Of a DNA stretch of 64,000 bases, positions 1-11,450 are shown one piece after another. Every line of letters starts with the position of its first letter. Within the stretch, counting starts at the first letter, position 1. The translations under genes and the position numbers were made by a program. The notes under the pieces are model-generated. The model was not told where the DNA came from and ran no database searches. It saw nothing but the letters and a program-made list of their open reading frames with translations. The stretch is from positions 128,001 through 192,000 of the forward strand of contig JBEKSD010000001.1 of NCBI GenBank assembly GCA_049517335.1, given 5' to 3'. Source of the DNA: Candidatus Omnitrophota bacterium (GTDB lineage: Bacteria > Omnitrophota > Gorgyraeia > Gygaellales > Profunditerraquicolaceae).

Positions 1-1
1 A

Positions 2-544
2 TTCAGGAAGTCGGGCGCGGAACTTATTGACGCTGATAAACTGGCCCACGATGCAATCAGCTTAAACGGGCCCTGCTATAAGAAAGTGGTTAAAGTTTTC
101 GGGAACGCGATTCTAACCAAGGGCAAACGTATTGACCGCAGGAAACTGGGGAAGAAAGTATTTGAAGATAAAAGACTGCTGTTGCAGCTTAATCGCATAA
201 TTCATCCAGAAGTCATCAGGCAGATAAAATTCAAAATAATGGAATCAAGAAAACAAGTAGTCGTCCTTGATGTCCCTCTTTTGATAGAATCTGGTTTAGA
301 TAAAATTGTGGATAAAGTCATAGTGGTTAAAACTGACTTACGACATCAATTGATACGGATAAAAAATAAGCTTTCGTTGAGTGAATCCGAAGTATCTAAG
401 CGGCTGAACTTCCAGCTGCCTCTTAGAGAAAAGGTTCGTTTGGCGGATTTTGTAATAGATAACAACGGTACGATAGGAAAAACTAAAAAACACTTTGGAG
501 ATATTTTGATATCCTTACTCCACCGGAAGCGGAGTAAGGATTAA
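2..544 (+). CDS. coaE: Dephospho-CoA kinase (5'-truncated by window)
   Basis: Frame open from position 2 (FRKSGAELIDADKLAH...). IDRRKLG, IIHPEV, DVPLLIE and ADFVIDNNG motifs. Confidence 0.93.
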   Translation, partial: FRKSGAELIDADKLAHDAISLNGPCYKKVVKVFGNAILTKGKRIDRRKLGKKVFEDKRLLLQLNRIIHPEVIRQIKFKIMESRKQVVVLDVPLLIESGLDKIVDKVIVVKTDLRHQLIRIKNKLSLSESEVSKRLNFQLPLREKVRLADFVIDNNGTIGKTKKHFGDILISLLHRKRSKD

Positions 545-593
545 TTCGCACATCGGTTTACTCTCCGCCTGCGGCGGCTCGTAAGCCAAGTGC
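511..593. repeat. Two adjacent hairpins (REP-like or leader structure) at the coaE-rho junction
   Basis: ATCCTTACTCC (511-521) pairs with GGAGTAAGGAT (531-541). Second stem: GCAC/GTGC, GGTTTAC/GTAAGCC and CCGCC-tgc-GGCGG (548-593). Confidence 0.6.
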
Positions 594-610
594 TCATTAA
601 GGAGGAAGTA

Positions 611-1867
611 GTGGAAAAGCTGGATATAAAGAATCTGAAACAAATGAAAATCAATGAATTAAACAAGGTGGCTAAAGAATTGAATGTCAACGGAGTCAGC
701 GGCCTTAAAAAACAGGATCTCATTTTCAAGATCCTTCAGGGCCAAGCGGAAAAAGAAGGGCTGATGTTCGGGGAAGGCGTACTTGAAATACTGCCGGAAG
801 GGTTCGGGTTCTTACGTTCGCCAAATTACAATTACCTGCCTTGCCCCGATGATATCTATATTTCGCCTTCGCAGATACGCAAGTTTGATTTAAGGACAGG
901 GGATACTGTAAGTGGCCAGATTAGGCCTCCGAAGGAGGGAGAGAAATATTTTGCTCTGCTTAAAGTTGAGGCGGTTAATTTTGAGAATCCGGAAGACGTA
1001 AAGGAGAAGGTGCTTTTTGATAATCTTACTCCCGTATATCCTAACCAGCCGTTTATTATGGAGACAAAACCCGAAGAAATCTCCATGCGCATAATGAGTT
1101 TGCTTACCCCCATCGGCAAGGGGCAGCGCGCGCTGATTGTTGCTCAGCCATATAGCGGTAAGACCGTGCTCTTACAGAAAATAGCCAACTCTATCACGAC
1201 GAACCATCCTGACGCGATATTGATTGTTCTCTTAATTGATGAGCGTCCGGAGGAAGTTACGGACATGCAAAGGAACGTCAAGGGCGAGGTTATCTCGTCC
1301 ACTTTTGACGAGCCGCCGGAAAGGCACGTGCAGGTAGCGGAAATTGTCCTTGAAAAAGCAAAGAGGCTGGTAGAGCATAAGCGTGACGTAATTATCCTGC
1401 TTGACTCTATTACCCGCCTGGCGCGCGCTTACAACTCGGTTGTGCCTCACAGCGGCAAGGTCTTATCAGGAGGTATTGACTCAAATGCCCTGCAGAAACC
1501 AAAGAGGTTTTTCGGAGCTGCTAGAGCAGTGGATGAAGGAGGAAGCCTGACAATTATTGCTACTGCTTTAGTTGATACCGGAAGTCGTATGGATGAAGTT
1601 ATCTTTGAGGAATTCAAAGGCACGGGTAACATGGAAATCCAGCTTGACCGTAACCTTTTCCAACGCAGGATTTACCCGGCAATTGATATCAAGCGCTCCA
1701 ATACCCGGCATGAAGAACTTTTGGTCAAGCCTGATGTCTTGCAGAAGACATGGATTTTAAGGAAAGTTTTGAATGAATTAAACAACGTTGAAGCAATGGA
1801 ACTGCTAATTGAGAAATTAGGAAAAACTAAAAATAATGAGGAATTTTTGGCCAGTATGAACCAATAA
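611..1867 (+). CDS. rho: Transcription termination factor Rho
   Basis: [35 protein letters not shown] and [12 protein letters not shown] at 611 follows AAGGAGG. Confidence 0.98.
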   Translation: MEKLDIKNLKQMKINELNKVAKELNVNGVSGLKKQDLIFKILQGQAEKEGLMFGEGVLEILPEGFGFLRSPNYNYLPCPDDIYISPSQIRKFDLRTGDTVSGQIRPPKEGEKYFALLKVEAVNFENPEDVKEKVLFDNLTPVYPNQPFIMETKPEEISMRIMSLLTPIGKGQRALIVAQPYSGKTVLLQKIANSITTNHPDAILIVLLIDERPEEVTDMQRNVKGEVISSTFDEPPERHVQVAEIVLEKAKRLVEHKRDVIILLDSITRLARAYNSVVPHSGKVLSGGIDSNALQKPKRFFGAARAVDEGGSLTIIATALVDTGSRMDEVIFEEFKGTGNMEIQLDRNLFQRRIYPAIDIKRSNTRHEELLVKPDVLQKTWILRKVLNELNNVEAMELLIEKLGKTKNNEEFLASMNQ

Positions 1868-1893
1868 TTTAGTACTCAGAAGGAGGAATCAAA

Positions 1894-2094
1894 ATGAAAG
1901 AAAAGATACATCCTAACTACAAGGAAAGTACGGTTATATGCGCCTGCGGAGAGACAATCCATACCCGTTCTACAAAGCCGAGCATAAGAGTGGAGATCTG
2001 CTCTAAATGCCATCCTTTTTTTACCGGGAAGCAGAAATTCGTTGATTCGGCGGGCCGCGTGGACAAGTTTATGAAAAAATACGGGAAAAAATAA
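1894..2094 (+). CDS. rpmE: 50S ribosomal protein L31 (Zn-binding type)
   Basis: [12 protein letters not shown]...[21 protein letters not shown]. Confidence 0.98.
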   Translation: MKEKIHPNYKESTVICACGETIHTRSTKPSIRVEICSKCHPFFTGKQKFVDSAGRVDKFMKKYGKK

Positions 2095-2102
2095 TTAGCT
2101 AT

Positions 2103-3170
2103 ATGTTAGATAAGCTGAGTAAATTTGAAGCCCGCCATAAGGAGATTGAGGAGCAGCTTTCGCTTCCCGAGATATCTTCTGATATCGACAAATCCACCAA
2201 GCTTGCCAAGGAACTTGCGGAGCTAAGGGGGCCGGTTATGCTTGCGCGTTCTTACAGACAGGTCTTAAAAGAGATTGAAGACCTACAGGGTGTTTTAAAA
2301 GAAAAACACGATAAGGATTTTCTGGAGTTGGTAAAAATAGAAGAACGCGATTTGGGGATAAGAAAACAGGAATTAGAAACTGCCATAAAAAAATATCTGG
2401 CAGGCGATGATAAAGACGCAGGCCGGGATATTATCGTGGAGGTTCGGCCGGGAACAGGAGGGGATGAGGCAGGTATTTTTGCCGCTGACCTTTACCGTAT
2501 GTATACTAAATACGCGGCTAAAAAGGGCTGGCAAGTTGAAGAGATGGGGGGCAGTTTTAATGAAGCCGGCGGCGTAAAGGAGGTAATTTTCAGCGTAAAA
2601 GGCTCTGACGCTTATAGGCGTCTGAAATTTGAAAGCGGCGTGCATAGGGTGCAGCGCGTACCGGTAACCGAAGCGCAGGGTAGGGTGCATACTTCTACTG
2701 CTTCCGTCGTTGTTTACGTTGAGCCTCAGGAAGTTGATTTAGTGATTGAGCCGAAAGATCTACGGATTGATACTTACCGCTCAAGCGGCCCCGGCGGCCA
2801 GCATATGCAAAAGACGGATTCAGCGGTGCGCATCACGCATATCCCATCAGGGGTTGTGGTCGCTTGCCAGGATGAACGCTCGCAGTTAAAAAATAAAAAT
2901 AAGGCAATGAGGATCCTTGCCGCAAAGCTCCTGGACAGAAAGAAAGAAGATGAAGCCAAGAAGCTTTCTACTGCCCGTAAGACCCAGATTGGGACAGGAG
3001 ACAGAAGCGAAAAAATACGCACTTATAATTTTCCGGATAGAAGGGTTACCGACCACCGTATTAATTATACCTCTCATCAGCTGGAATCTATTCTGGAAGG
3101 AGATTTGGATGAATTTACCGAAGCCCTGATTAAAGCTGAACAGGAGAAAAGAGAGCAGACAGGTGAATGA
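2103..3170 (+). CDS. prfA: Peptide chain release factor 1
   Basis: PVT specificity motif, GGQ motif, RSEKIRTYNFP. Lies between rpmE and prmC. Confidence 0.97.
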   Translation: MLDKLSKFEARHKEIEEQLSLPEISSDIDKSTKLAKELAELRGPVMLARSYRQVLKEIEDLQGVLKEKHDKDFLELVKIEERDLGIRKQELETAIKKYLAGDDKDAGRDIIVEVRPGTGGDEAGIFAADLYRMYTKYAAKKGWQVEEMGGSFNEAGGVKEVIFSVKGSDAYRRLKFESGVHRVQRVPVTEAQGRVHTSTASVVVYVEPQEVDLVIEPKDLRIDTYRSSGPGGQHMQKTDSAVRITHIPSGVVVACQDERSQLKNKNKAMRILAAKLLDRKKEDEAKKLSTARKTQIGTGDRSEKIRTYNFPDRRVTDHRINYTSHQLESILEGDLDEFTEALIKAEQEKREQTGE

Positions 3171-3963
3171 AGTAGAATTATTATTTACTAAAGTTTTAAA
3201 CTGTAACAGGAACTCGCTTTACCTACGTAGAGATATAGTCCTAGATAAAGAAAAGCAGCTTATGATTTCATCCGCCCTGAAGAGGCGCATCAGTGGTGAA
3301 CCCATTCAGTATATTTTGGGCGAGTCGGAATTTATGGGATTGAATTTTAAGGTTAACAGGGATGTATTGATACCCCGGCCGGAAACGGAAATCCTTGTTG
3401 AAACAGCCGTCAAAATAGCTAATGCATATGGCAAAGCACGAGAGAATAGATGGATATCAATATTGGATCTGGGGACAGGTTCGGGATGCATAGCTGTATC
3501 GCTGGCTCAACTGTTATCCAGCGTTGAAATTACCGCTGTGGATATCTCCAAAGAGGCGCTCGCTGTGGCAAAACAAAATGCAATTATTAATAATGTTTCG
3601 GATAAAATTAAATTCCTAAAGAGCGATTTATTCAATGCCGTGATACCCGGTATGCGATATGACATATGCGTCAGTAACCCGCCTTATATATGTTCTTCGC
3701 AGATTGATAAACTTATGCCTGAAATACAATTTGAGCCGCGGGTTGCTTTTGACGCAGGAGAAGACGGCCTGGGTTTTTATCGCGAAATAATTAACAAAAC
3801 TCCTGTGTATCTTAAGAGGAAAGGTTATTTAATTTTAGAGGCGGGCTTTAATCAAGGCGCAGATATAAGAAAAATCCTTCAAAATTCCTTAAACTTTGAG
3901 ATAATAGAAGTGGTAAAGGATTACAACAGTATAGATAGGGTCATTGTTGCAAAGAACGGATAA
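3163..3963 (+). CDS. prmC: Release factor glutamine methyltransferase
   Basis: LIPRPETE, LDLGTGSGCIA, NPPY. Confidence 0.96.
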   Translation: MNEVELLFTKVLNCNRNSLYLRRDIVLDKEKQLMISSALKRRISGEPIQYILGESEFMGLNFKVNRDVLIPRPETEILVETAVKIANAYGKARENRWISILDLGTGSGCIAVSLAQLLSSVEITAVDISKEALAVAKQNAIINNVSDKIKFLKSDLFNAVIPGMRYDICVSNPPYICSSQIDKLMPEIQFEPRVAFDAGEDGLGFYREIINKTPVYLKRKGYLILEAGFNQGADIRKILQNSLNFEIIEVVKDYNSIDRVIVAKNG

Positions 3964-3968
3964 AAAAT

Positions 3969-5231
3969 ATGGATAAACTGGTTATTGAAGGCGGGGTAAA
4001 ACTTGAAGGGGAAGTAACGGTATCAGGCGCTAAGAATTCGGTGCTGCCGATTATGGCAGCTACTTTGCTCACTGATAATGCCTGCATTATTAAAGGCGTT
4101 CCGGAACTGCGCGATACCAACACTATGATTAAAATATTGCGTTCTCTGGGTAAGAACGCAGAATTGCAGAAAGGCGTAGCTACAATTACAACGGCCAAGA
4201 CAGGTAATTATATCGCCGATTATAAATTAGTTTCTACCATGCGCGCTTCTTTCTGTGTCTTAGGCCCGCTTTTGGGCAAATTAAAAAAAGCCAAAGTTTC
4301 CTTGCCCGGAGGCTGCATTATCGGCGTACGTCCAGTGGACCTGCATTTAAAGGGATTAAAAGCATTGGGCGTTGAGCTGGATATTAACTCCGGCTACGTA
4401 TCGGCAAAAGCCGACAAGTTAAAAGGTGCTCAAATGTACCTGGGAGGGGTATACGGCTCATCCGTATTGGCTACGGATAACGTAATGATGTGCGCAGTCC
4501 TGGCTAAGGGTAAAACAATAATTGAATGCGCCGCATGTGAGCCGGAAGTTGCGGATTTAGCTGAGTTTCTGATTAAAATGGGCGCAAAAATTAAAGGCCA
4601 CGGCACTCCCGTCATTGAAATTGAAGGAGTCACCCGCCTTCACGGAGCAACTCACACTATTATCCCCGACAGGATTGAAGCGGGCACGCTTATGCTCGCG
4701 TCTTTAATTACTAATGGCGATATTTTGATTAATAATGTTTTAGCCAGCCATATAGGCGCGTTAATTGATAAATTGCAGGAAGCGGGCGCTGTGGTTATCA
4801 AGGCGGATAATTCGGTGCGCGTGCGCCGTAGGGGCAAGTTAAAAGCAGTCAACGTCACAACCCTGCCTTATCCGGGTTTTCCCACTGATATGCAGGCGCA
4901 GATGATGGCGCTTATGACGGTAACGCCCGGCATAAGCGTCGTGACCGAGAAGATTTACCCGGACAGGTTTATGCATGTTTCCGAGCTCAACCGTATGGGC
5001 GCTAATATCCAAAGGGAAGGCCCGCACGCCATAGTTTCCGGTATTAAGAATTTATCCGGAGCTTCGGTCATGGCTTCGGATCTGCGTGCGTCCGCGTGTT
5101 TAGTGTTAGCTGGGCTTGCGGCGAAGGGTGAGACTTCAATTTCAAGGATTTATCACCTTGAGCGCGGATATGAAAACATTGAGACAAAGTTAGAAAAATT
5201 GGGAGCGAAAATCCACAGGGAAAGGGAATAA
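3969..5231 (+). CDS. murA: UDP-GlcNAc 1-carboxyvinyltransferase
   Basis: [32 protein letters not shown]. Confidence 0.98.
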   Translation: MDKLVIEGGVKLEGEVTVSGAKNSVLPIMAATLLTDNACIIKGVPELRDTNTMIKILRSLGKNAELQKGVATITTAKTGNYIADYKLVSTMRASFCVLGPLLGKLKKAKVSLPGGCIIGVRPVDLHLKGLKALGVELDINSGYVSAKADKLKGAQMYLGGVYGSSVLATDNVMMCAVLAKGKTIIECAACEPEVADLAEFLIKMGAKIKGHGTPVIEIEGVTRLHGATHTIIPDRIEAGTLMLASLITNGDILINNVLASHIGALIDKLQEAGAVVIKADNSVRVRRRGKLKAVNVTTLPYPGFPTDMQAQMMALMTVTPGISVVTEKIYPDRFMHVSELNRMGANIQREGPHAIVSGIKNLSGASVMASDLRASACLVLAGLAAKGETSISRIYHLERGYENIETKLEKLGAKIHRERE

Positions 5232-5233
5232 AA

Positions 5234-5797
5234 ATGGTATTAATGCTTGATAATTACGATTCTTTTACCTATAACCTTGTCCAGTATCTGGGAGCATTGG
5301 GCGAAGAGGTGAAGGTATTCCGTAATGACAAGATAACTATACCCAAAATCAGGAAGTTGAGGCCTGAAAAAATCGTTATTTCTCCCGGTCCGGGAAGGCC
5401 TGAGGATGCGGGCATCTCCTGTGAGTTAATTGGTGAGTTCGCAGGAAAAATCCCTATTTTAGGCGTCTGCCTCGGCCATCAGGCTATCGGGTATGTTTTC
5501 GGTGGACGTATAATAAATGCCAGAAATTTAATGCACGGGAAAACTTCTTTGATATACCATACCGGAGAAACCATATTTAAAGGCATACCCAATCCTTTTG
5601 AGGCAACCCGGTATCATTCATTGCTGGTTGATTCCAAAAATCTCCCCGCGTGCCTTAAGGTTATTGCCTGGACTAAGAATAAAGAAATAATGGGCTTGAA
5701 ACACAAGTCGTATCCGTTATGGGGAGTGCAGTTTCATCCGGAGTCCGTGCTTACAAAAAGCGGCATGGATATTTTGGCTAACTTTCTGAAGCAATGA
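5234..5797 (+). CDS. trpG: Anthranilate synthase component II (glutamine amidotransferase)
   Basis: [29 protein letters not shown]. Directly upstream of trpD. Confidence 0.92.
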   Translation: MVLMLDNYDSFTYNLVQYLGALGEEVKVFRNDKITIPKIRKLRPEKIVISPGPGRPEDAGISCELIGEFAGKIPILGVCLGHQAIGYVFGGRIINARNLMHGKTSLIYHTGETIFKGIPNPFEATRYHSLLVDSKNLPACLKVIAWTKNKEIMGLKHKSYPLWGVQFHPESVLTKSGMDILANFLKQ

Positions 5798-6807
5798 TAG
5801 ATGAAGCGATAAAAATCGTTCAAGGGGGTGCGGATCTTTCTGAAAAACAGATGTCCTGCGTTATGGAAGAGATTTTAACCGGGCGAGCATTGACTGCGCA
5901 GATAGTTTCTTTCCTTTGTGTCTTAAATGACAAAGGCGAGAGCATTGAAGAAGTGAGCGCAGCGGTAAAAGTGATGCGCACCCATGCAACGCAGGTCCAT
6001 ACAAAACAGGATGTTATTCTGGACACCTGCGGTACGGGCGGGGACAGCAAAGAGACTTTTAATATCTCAACTACCGTTGCTTTTGTGGCGGCTGCAAGCG
6101 GCGTGGCAGTTGCCAAGCACGGTAATCGTTCGGTATCCAGTGCATCCGGAAGCGCGGATATACTGGAAGCATTAGGGGTAAATATAAATTTAAGCAAAGA
6201 GAAATTAGGCGAGTGCCTTGATCAGGCCGGCATTGCTTTTTTATTCGCGCAGAGCCTGCATCCGGCGATGAAATATGCGATGGAAGCCAGAAAGAAAATC
6301 GGAAGGCGCACGATTTTTAATATTATCGGTCCCTTAAGTAACCCTGCGCATGCGACCCATCAGTTGGTGGGGGTTTTTGCCGCGCATTGGGTGTCTTTCT
6401 TAGCGCAGGTTTTAGCAAGGCTCGGGACAAGGCACGCCTTAGTCGTGCATGGGCAAGACGGCCTGGATGAGGTAACTACGACTGCGAAGACCATGATTTC
6501 CGAAGTGAAAGACGGTAAAGTCAGGAATTATGAAATATTCCCCGATGAATTTGGGATAAAAAAAGCAAGGCTTGAGGATTTATCCGGAGCAAGTCCGCGG
6601 GAAAACGCACTTATACTCCTTGATATTTTAAAAGGTAAAAAAAGCGCAGGTAGGGATATCGTGATATTGAATTCCGCGGCGGCAATATATGCGGCAGATA
6701 AAGTGAAAAGCATTAAAGAGGGGATAATTGCGGCAGAAGAAGCGATTGATTCTGGAAAAGCGCTGGAGAAGCTGGAAATGCTCAAGGAGTTTACGTCGAG
6801 AAATTAA
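5794..6807 (+). CDS. trpD: Anthranilate phosphoribosyltransferase
   Basis: [27 protein letters not shown]. Confidence 0.97.
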   Translation: MIDEAIKIVQGGADLSEKQMSCVMEEILTGRALTAQIVSFLCVLNDKGESIEEVSAAVKVMRTHATQVHTKQDVILDTCGTGGDSKETFNISTTVAFVAAASGVAVAKHGNRSVSSASGSADILEALGVNINLSKEKLGECLDQAGIAFLFAQSLHPAMKYAMEARKKIGRRTIFNIIGPLSNPAHATHQLVGVFAAHWVSFLAQVLARLGTRHALVVHGQDGLDEVTTTAKTMISEVKDGKVRNYEIFPDEFGIKKARLEDLSGASPRENALILLDILKGKKSAGRDIVILNSAAAIYAADKVKSIKEGIIAAEEAIDSGKALEKLEMLKEFTSRN

Positions 6808-6809
6808 AC

Positions 6810-7601
6810 ATGGCAAAGACAGACATCTTGAAGGACATCATCGCAAAAAAAAGAGAAAAGATACTTTTAGCCAAACAACTCCTGCCCGAAGAGGAATTAA
6901 AAGCAAAAATCAGTACACTTCCGGCGGTAAGGCCGTTCATTGAGGCAATAAAAAAACCGCGCCAGATTTCCCTTATCGCCGAAATCAAAAAGGCATCCCC
7001 GTCTTTGGGGGTAATTAAGGAAGATTTTAACCATATTGAGATAGCCAGAGTTTATCAGGAAGCAAGAGTGCAGGCGATATCTGTTTTAACCGAAAGCGAT
7101 TATTTTCAAGGAGAGATAAATTTTATCAATGAGGTTAAAGCGGTAACGGAAGCCCCAGTTTTAAGGAAAGATTTTATTTTAGAGCCTTATCAGGTTTATG
7201 AATCGCGTTATTTCGGGGCCGATGCCATACTTTTAATTGCCGATATATTGACGCAGGAGGAAATATCCGAATTATCAACGCTCGCTTCCGGTTTAGGGCT
7301 TGCCTGTTTGGTTGAGGTGCATACGGAAAAAGAGTTAAAGAAAATATTAAAATTAAAAGATATCCCTTTAATCGGCATTAATAACCGTTCTCTGCGCACG
7401 CTTGAGGTTGACCCAAAAACAGTGGAAAAGCTTTATACTCTCATCCCTAAAAATAAGGTAGTGGTGGTTGAAAGTGGGATAAAAAGCTATCAGGACGTTC
7501 TGTTCCTGAAAATACTGGGCGTCAATGCCGTTCTCATCGGTACTGCTTTTATGCAGGCTAAGGATATACGCCGCGCCATTGACGAAATAATGGGATGGTG
7601 A
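6810..7601 (+). CDS. trpC: Indole-3-glycerol phosphate synthase
   Basis: IAEIKKASPS, LRKDF, GINNR, VESGI. Confidence 0.97.
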   Translation: MAKTDILKDIIAKKREKILLAKQLLPEEELKAKISTLPAVRPFIEAIKKPRQISLIAEIKKASPSLGVIKEDFNHIEIARVYQEARVQAISVLTESDYFQGEINFINEVKAVTEAPVLRKDFILEPYQVYESRYFGADAILLIADILTQEEISELSTLASGLGLACLVEVHTEKELKKILKLKDIPLIGINNRSLRTLEVDPKTVEKLYTLIPKNKVVVVESGIKSYQDVLFLKILGVNAVLIGTAFMQAKDIRRAIDEIMGW

Positions 7602-7602
7602 A

Positions 7603-8220
7603 GTGGTTAAGGTAAAGATTTGCGGCATTACCAATTTGAAAGATGCGTTCTTATGTATAGATGCCGGAGCGGATGCTTTAGGATTTGTGTTTTACAAAAA
7701 AAGCAGCCGTTATATTCCTCCGGAAAAAGCCTGTCTTATAATCCTCCGGCTTCCGGAGAAGGTAATAAAAGTAGGGATTTTCGTTAATGAAAAAGAGAAA
7801 GAAATACGCAGGATAGCCGAATCTTGCCTGCTTGATATGCTGCAGTTTCACGGCAATGAAACGCCGGAATTCTGCCAAAGGTTTAAGGATTTAAAAGTAA
7901 TAAAGGCATTCCGGGTGAGGGATTGTATAGACAAAAAGAAGATCGCAAAATATAATACATTCGCTTATCTTTTTGATACTTTTGCGCAAGATAAGGCCGG
8001 CGGCACAGGCAAGACATTCAACTGGCAATTTATTAGGCGCTTAGGCGGATTAAAAAAGCCGGTATTCTTGTCCGGAGGATTGAACGCAAGGAATGTCTTA
8101 GGCGCCATAAGATGTGTAACCCCAAGCTGGGTTGACGCGTCCAGTTCAGTGGAAAAAGCAGCAGGTAAGAAGGATAGAAATAAGTTAAAGAATTTCATAA
8201 AAGAGGCAAAACGAGGGTAA
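7603..8220 (+). CDS. trpF: Phosphoribosylanthranilate isomerase
   Basis: [28 protein letters not shown]. Confidence 0.97.
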   Translation: MVKVKICGITNLKDAFLCIDAGADALGFVFYKKSSRYIPPEKACLIILRLPEKVIKVGIFVNEKEKEIRRIAESCLLDMLQFHGNETPEFCQRFKDLKVIKAFRVRDCIDKKKIAKYNTFAYLFDTFAQDKAGGTGKTFNWQFIRRLGGLKKPVFLSGGLNARNVLGAIRCVTPSWVDASSSVEKAAGKKDRNKLKNFIKEAKRG

Positions 8221-8222
8221 AT

Positions 8223-9404
8223 ATGTTACCGGATAAAAAAGGGCATTTTAACGGGTTTGGCGGCAGGTTTGTCCCTGAGACGCTGATTTATGCTTTGGAT
8301 GAGTTGGAGAAAGAATACGCAAAGGCAAAACACGACCCAAAGTTTATCGCTGAATTTGATTATTATCTAAAAGAATACGCCGGGAGGCCGACGCCGTTAT
8401 ACCTTGCGAAGAACCTAAGTAAATACCTGGGCTTAAAAAAGGTTTACCTGAAGCGCGAGGACCTTTTGCATACGGGAGCGCATAAAATAAACAATACTTT
8501 AGGGCAGATACTGCTTGCCGTGCGCATGAATAAGAAACGCATTATCGCCGAGACCGGAGCAGGCCAGCACGGAGTGGCTACTGCGACTGTGGCGGCGATG
8601 TTCGGATTGTCCTGCGATGTTTATATGGGTTCAGAAGATATTGAAAGACAGAAGCTCAATGTTTTCCGTATGAAATTGCTGGGGGCGCGGGTAATACCGG
8701 TTAGAAGCGGGACTAAGACTTTAAAAGACGCGATGACTGAGGCGTTACGTGACTGGGTAACTAATGTGCGCGATACCCATTATATTATCGGGACCGTTGC
8801 CGGGCCTCATCCGTACCCAGCTATGGTGCGCGATTTCCAGTCAATAATAGGCCGTGAAGCAAGAAAACAGATAATCAAAAAGGAAAATAGGCTTCCGGAT
8901 TATCTTCTTGCCTGCGTAGGAGGCGGAAGCAACTCTATCGGATTGTTTTATCCTTTTTTTAATGATAAAGGGGTAAAATTTATCGGCGTGGAAGCAGCGG
9001 GTTTGGGATTAAAATCCGGAAAACATTCCGCGAGCCTCGTAGCTGGAAAACCCGGCGTATTGCATGGTTCAAAATCCAGTCTGCTGCAGGATAAATTCGG
9101 GCAGGTTCAGAATGCCCATTCCATTGCCGCAGGCCTTGATTATCCCGGGGTTGGGCCGGAGCACGCGTATTATAAAAAAATTAAACGCGCTGAATATGTG
9201 GCAATAACCGATAAAGAAGCGCTGGAAGGGTTTAAATTACTGGCAGAAACAGAAGGTATAATTCCCGCGCTTGAGCCTTCACACGCAATTGCATACTTAA
9301 AAAAATTACAAAACAAAATTAACAGGAATTCGATTATAATATTGTGTTTATCAGGCAGGGGGGATAAGGATACGCATACAGTAGCGGAAAAATTAAAATT
9401 ATGA
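8223..9404 (+). CDS. trpB: Tryptophan synthase beta chain
   Basis: [26 protein letters not shown]. Confidence 0.98.
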   Translation: MLPDKKGHFNGFGGRFVPETLIYALDELEKEYAKAKHDPKFIAEFDYYLKEYAGRPTPLYLAKNLSKYLGLKKVYLKREDLLHTGAHKINNTLGQILLAVRMNKKRIIAETGAGQHGVATATVAAMFGLSCDVYMGSEDIERQKLNVFRMKLLGARVIPVRSGTKTLKDAMTEALRDWVTNVRDTHYIIGTVAGPHPYPAMVRDFQSIIGREARKQIIKKENRLPDYLLACVGGGSNSIGLFYPFFNDKGVKFIGVEAAGLGLKSGKHSASLVAGKPGVLHGSKSSLLQDKFGQVQNAHSIAAGLDYPGVGPEHAYYKKIKRAEYVAITDKEALEGFKLLAETEGIIPALEPSHAIAYLKKLQNKINRNSIIILCLSGRGDKDTHTVAEKLKL

Positions 9405-10189
9405 ACCGTATTGAAGCCAAATTCAAACAGTTAAGTAAGAACAGGAAGAAGGCGTTTATTGCTTTTGTCACAGCCGGATATCCTGATTTACGCACTACGG
9501 AAAGGTTGATTTTAGGGTTCTCAAGGATTGAGGTGGATATCATAGAGCTGGGCGTACCTTTTTCCGATCCTATGGCTGATGGGCCCGTGATTCAGGAAGC
9601 GTCATTTGAGTCTTTGAAAAAAGGAACGCGGTTAATTGACATCTTGAACCTCGTAAAAAGAGCCCGTAGGTCGACACAGAGTCCTATTTGCCTGATGACT
9701 TACTACAACCCGGTTTTCAGTTTCGGGGATGAAAAATTTGCCAAAGCCGCCGTAGCCTGCGGGGTTGACGGCGTAATCATACCAGACCTGCCTCCGGACG
9801 AGGGGACTGTGTTTATTAAAATATGCAATAAATACAAGTTGGATGTAATTTCTTTTATTGCCCCTACTACTTCAAGGGAGAGGATGAAGTTTATCTCCAA
9901 GGTTACAAAAGGTTTTATTTATTATGTTTCATTGACCGGAGTTACGGGAGAACGTAGTAATCTTCCCAAAGACCTGATAACTAATGTAAAGACAGTCAGG
10001 AAGATAGCTAAAAATCCGGTCTGTGTGGGGTTTGGTATCTCAAGCAGAAGCCAGGTTGCTCAAGTCAATAAGGTTGCCGACGGAGCTATCGTGGGTAGTG
10101 CGATTGTTAAGTGCATAAAAGAAAATATCAACAAGCCGGATTTAGTCAGGCGTGTTGTTGATTTTGTTTACAGGCTAAAAAATGTATAA
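9401..10189 (+). CDS. trpA: Tryptophan synthase alpha chain
   Basis: [30 protein letters not shown]. Confidence 0.98.
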   Translation: MNRIEAKFKQLSKNRKKAFIAFVTAGYPDLRTTERLILGFSRIEVDIIELGVPFSDPMADGPVIQEASFESLKKGTRLIDILNLVKRARRSTQSPICLMTYYNPVFSFGDEKFAKAAVACGVDGVIIPDLPPDEGTVFIKICNKYKLDVISFIAPTTSRERMKFISKVTKGFIYYVSLTGVTGERSNLPKDLITNVKTVRKIAKNPVCVGFGISSRSQVAQVNKVADGAIVGSAIVKCIKENINKPDLVRRVVDFVYRLKNV

Positions 10190-11450
10190 AAAGATAAAAC
10201 TTGATAACGGCTTAAGAGTCTTAAGCCACCGTATGCCGAATATGCAGTCGGTGGCATTGGGGATATGGATTAAGGTCGGGGGAAGGTATGAATTTGATAA
10301 GAATCAAGGCATCTCGCATTTCCTAGAGCATCTTGTGTTTAAAGGGACGAAAAAATATTCCTGCAGGAAGCTGAAAGAATCAATTGAAGGCGTAGGCGGC
10401 TCATTAAACGGGTTTACTTCCGAGGAACTTACCTGTTATCTGGTAAAGACGCCGGCGCGGCATTTGGCAACTGCATTGGATGTCTTAGCGGATATGGTAA
10501 TAAATCCGCTAATCCCACCTGTTGAGGTTGAGAAGGAGAAGACCGTCATTTTAGAAGAGATAAAGATGTATCGGGACCAGCCGCAGAGCTATGTTTATGA
10601 ATTGCTTGATGAGCTTATGTGGCCGAAACAACAGCTGGGAAGGCCTGTAATCGGCACAGCCGAATCTGTCAGGCGGATTAATAGAAAAGAGCTGGCTGAT
10701 TTTAAGGATAAATATTACAGCGCATCCAGTATTCTGGTAAACGGGGTTGGCTTGTTTAAGCCGGATGAATTCAATAAACGCGTGGGACATTTATTTTCAC
10801 GTCTCGGGCATAAACCAATGAATACTTTTGAGAAGGCTCGGGAAGCGCAGGTTAAGCCGCAATTAAAGGTGCATAATAAAGACACGGAACAAACGCATAT
10901 GGCATTGGGATTCCATGCTTTTAAACGCGACCATCATTTGCGCCATGCGTTGGCCATATTGCATATAGTGCTCGGTGGGAATATGTCCAGCAGGCTTTTT
11001 GAAGAGGTGCGGGAGAAGAAAGGCCTGGCTTATGAGATCGGCACTTCGCTGAAACGTTTTAGCGACACAGGGGCATTTATCGTGCATGCCGGTATTGATA
11101 ATGGCAAGCTTATTGAAGCGGTATCTTTAATTCTAAAAGAGCTGAGGCGGGCTAAAGACAGCGTTGTCAGTGATGATGAATTTATACGCGCCAAGGAGTT
11201 CTATCGCGGCCAGATGATGCTGGCTTTAGAAGATACCATGGATTATATGCTTTGGCTGGGCGAGACAAGTGCAGTTTTGGATAAGGAATATACTTTTGAT
11301 GAGTTGATGAAAGAAGTGGACAGGGTTAAAAGGAAGGATTTGAAGGAAGCAGCAAAGACGATTATTACTGATAATAGAATGAGCTTGGCCCTCATTAGTC
11401 CCTTAAAGGGTAAAGAGGATGAGATTTATAAACTGTTAAAGGTGAATTAA
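10182..11450 (+). CDS. M16B (pitrilysin family) zinc peptidase
   Basis: Inverted zinc motif HFLEH, NGFTS, and SSRLFEEVREKKGLAY. Confidence 0.92.
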   Translation: MYKKIKLDNGLRVLSHRMPNMQSVALGIWIKVGGRYEFDKNQGISHFLEHLVFKGTKKYSCRKLKESIEGVGGSLNGFTSEELTCYLVKTPARHLATALDVLADMVINPLIPPVEVEKEKTVILEEIKMYRDQPQSYVYELLDELMWPKQQLGRPVIGTAESVRRINRKELADFKDKYYSASSILVNGVGLFKPDEFNKRVGHLFSRLGHKPMNTFEKAREAQVKPQLKVHNKDTEQTHMALGFHAFKRDHHLRHALAILHIVLGGNMSSRLFEEVREKKGLAYEIGTSLKRFSDTGAFIVHAGIDNGKLIEAVSLILKELRRAKDSVVSDDEFIRAKEFYRGQMMLALEDTMDYMLWLGETSAVLDKEYTFDELMKEVDRVKRKDLKEAAKTIITDNRMSLALISPLKGKEDEIYKLLKVN

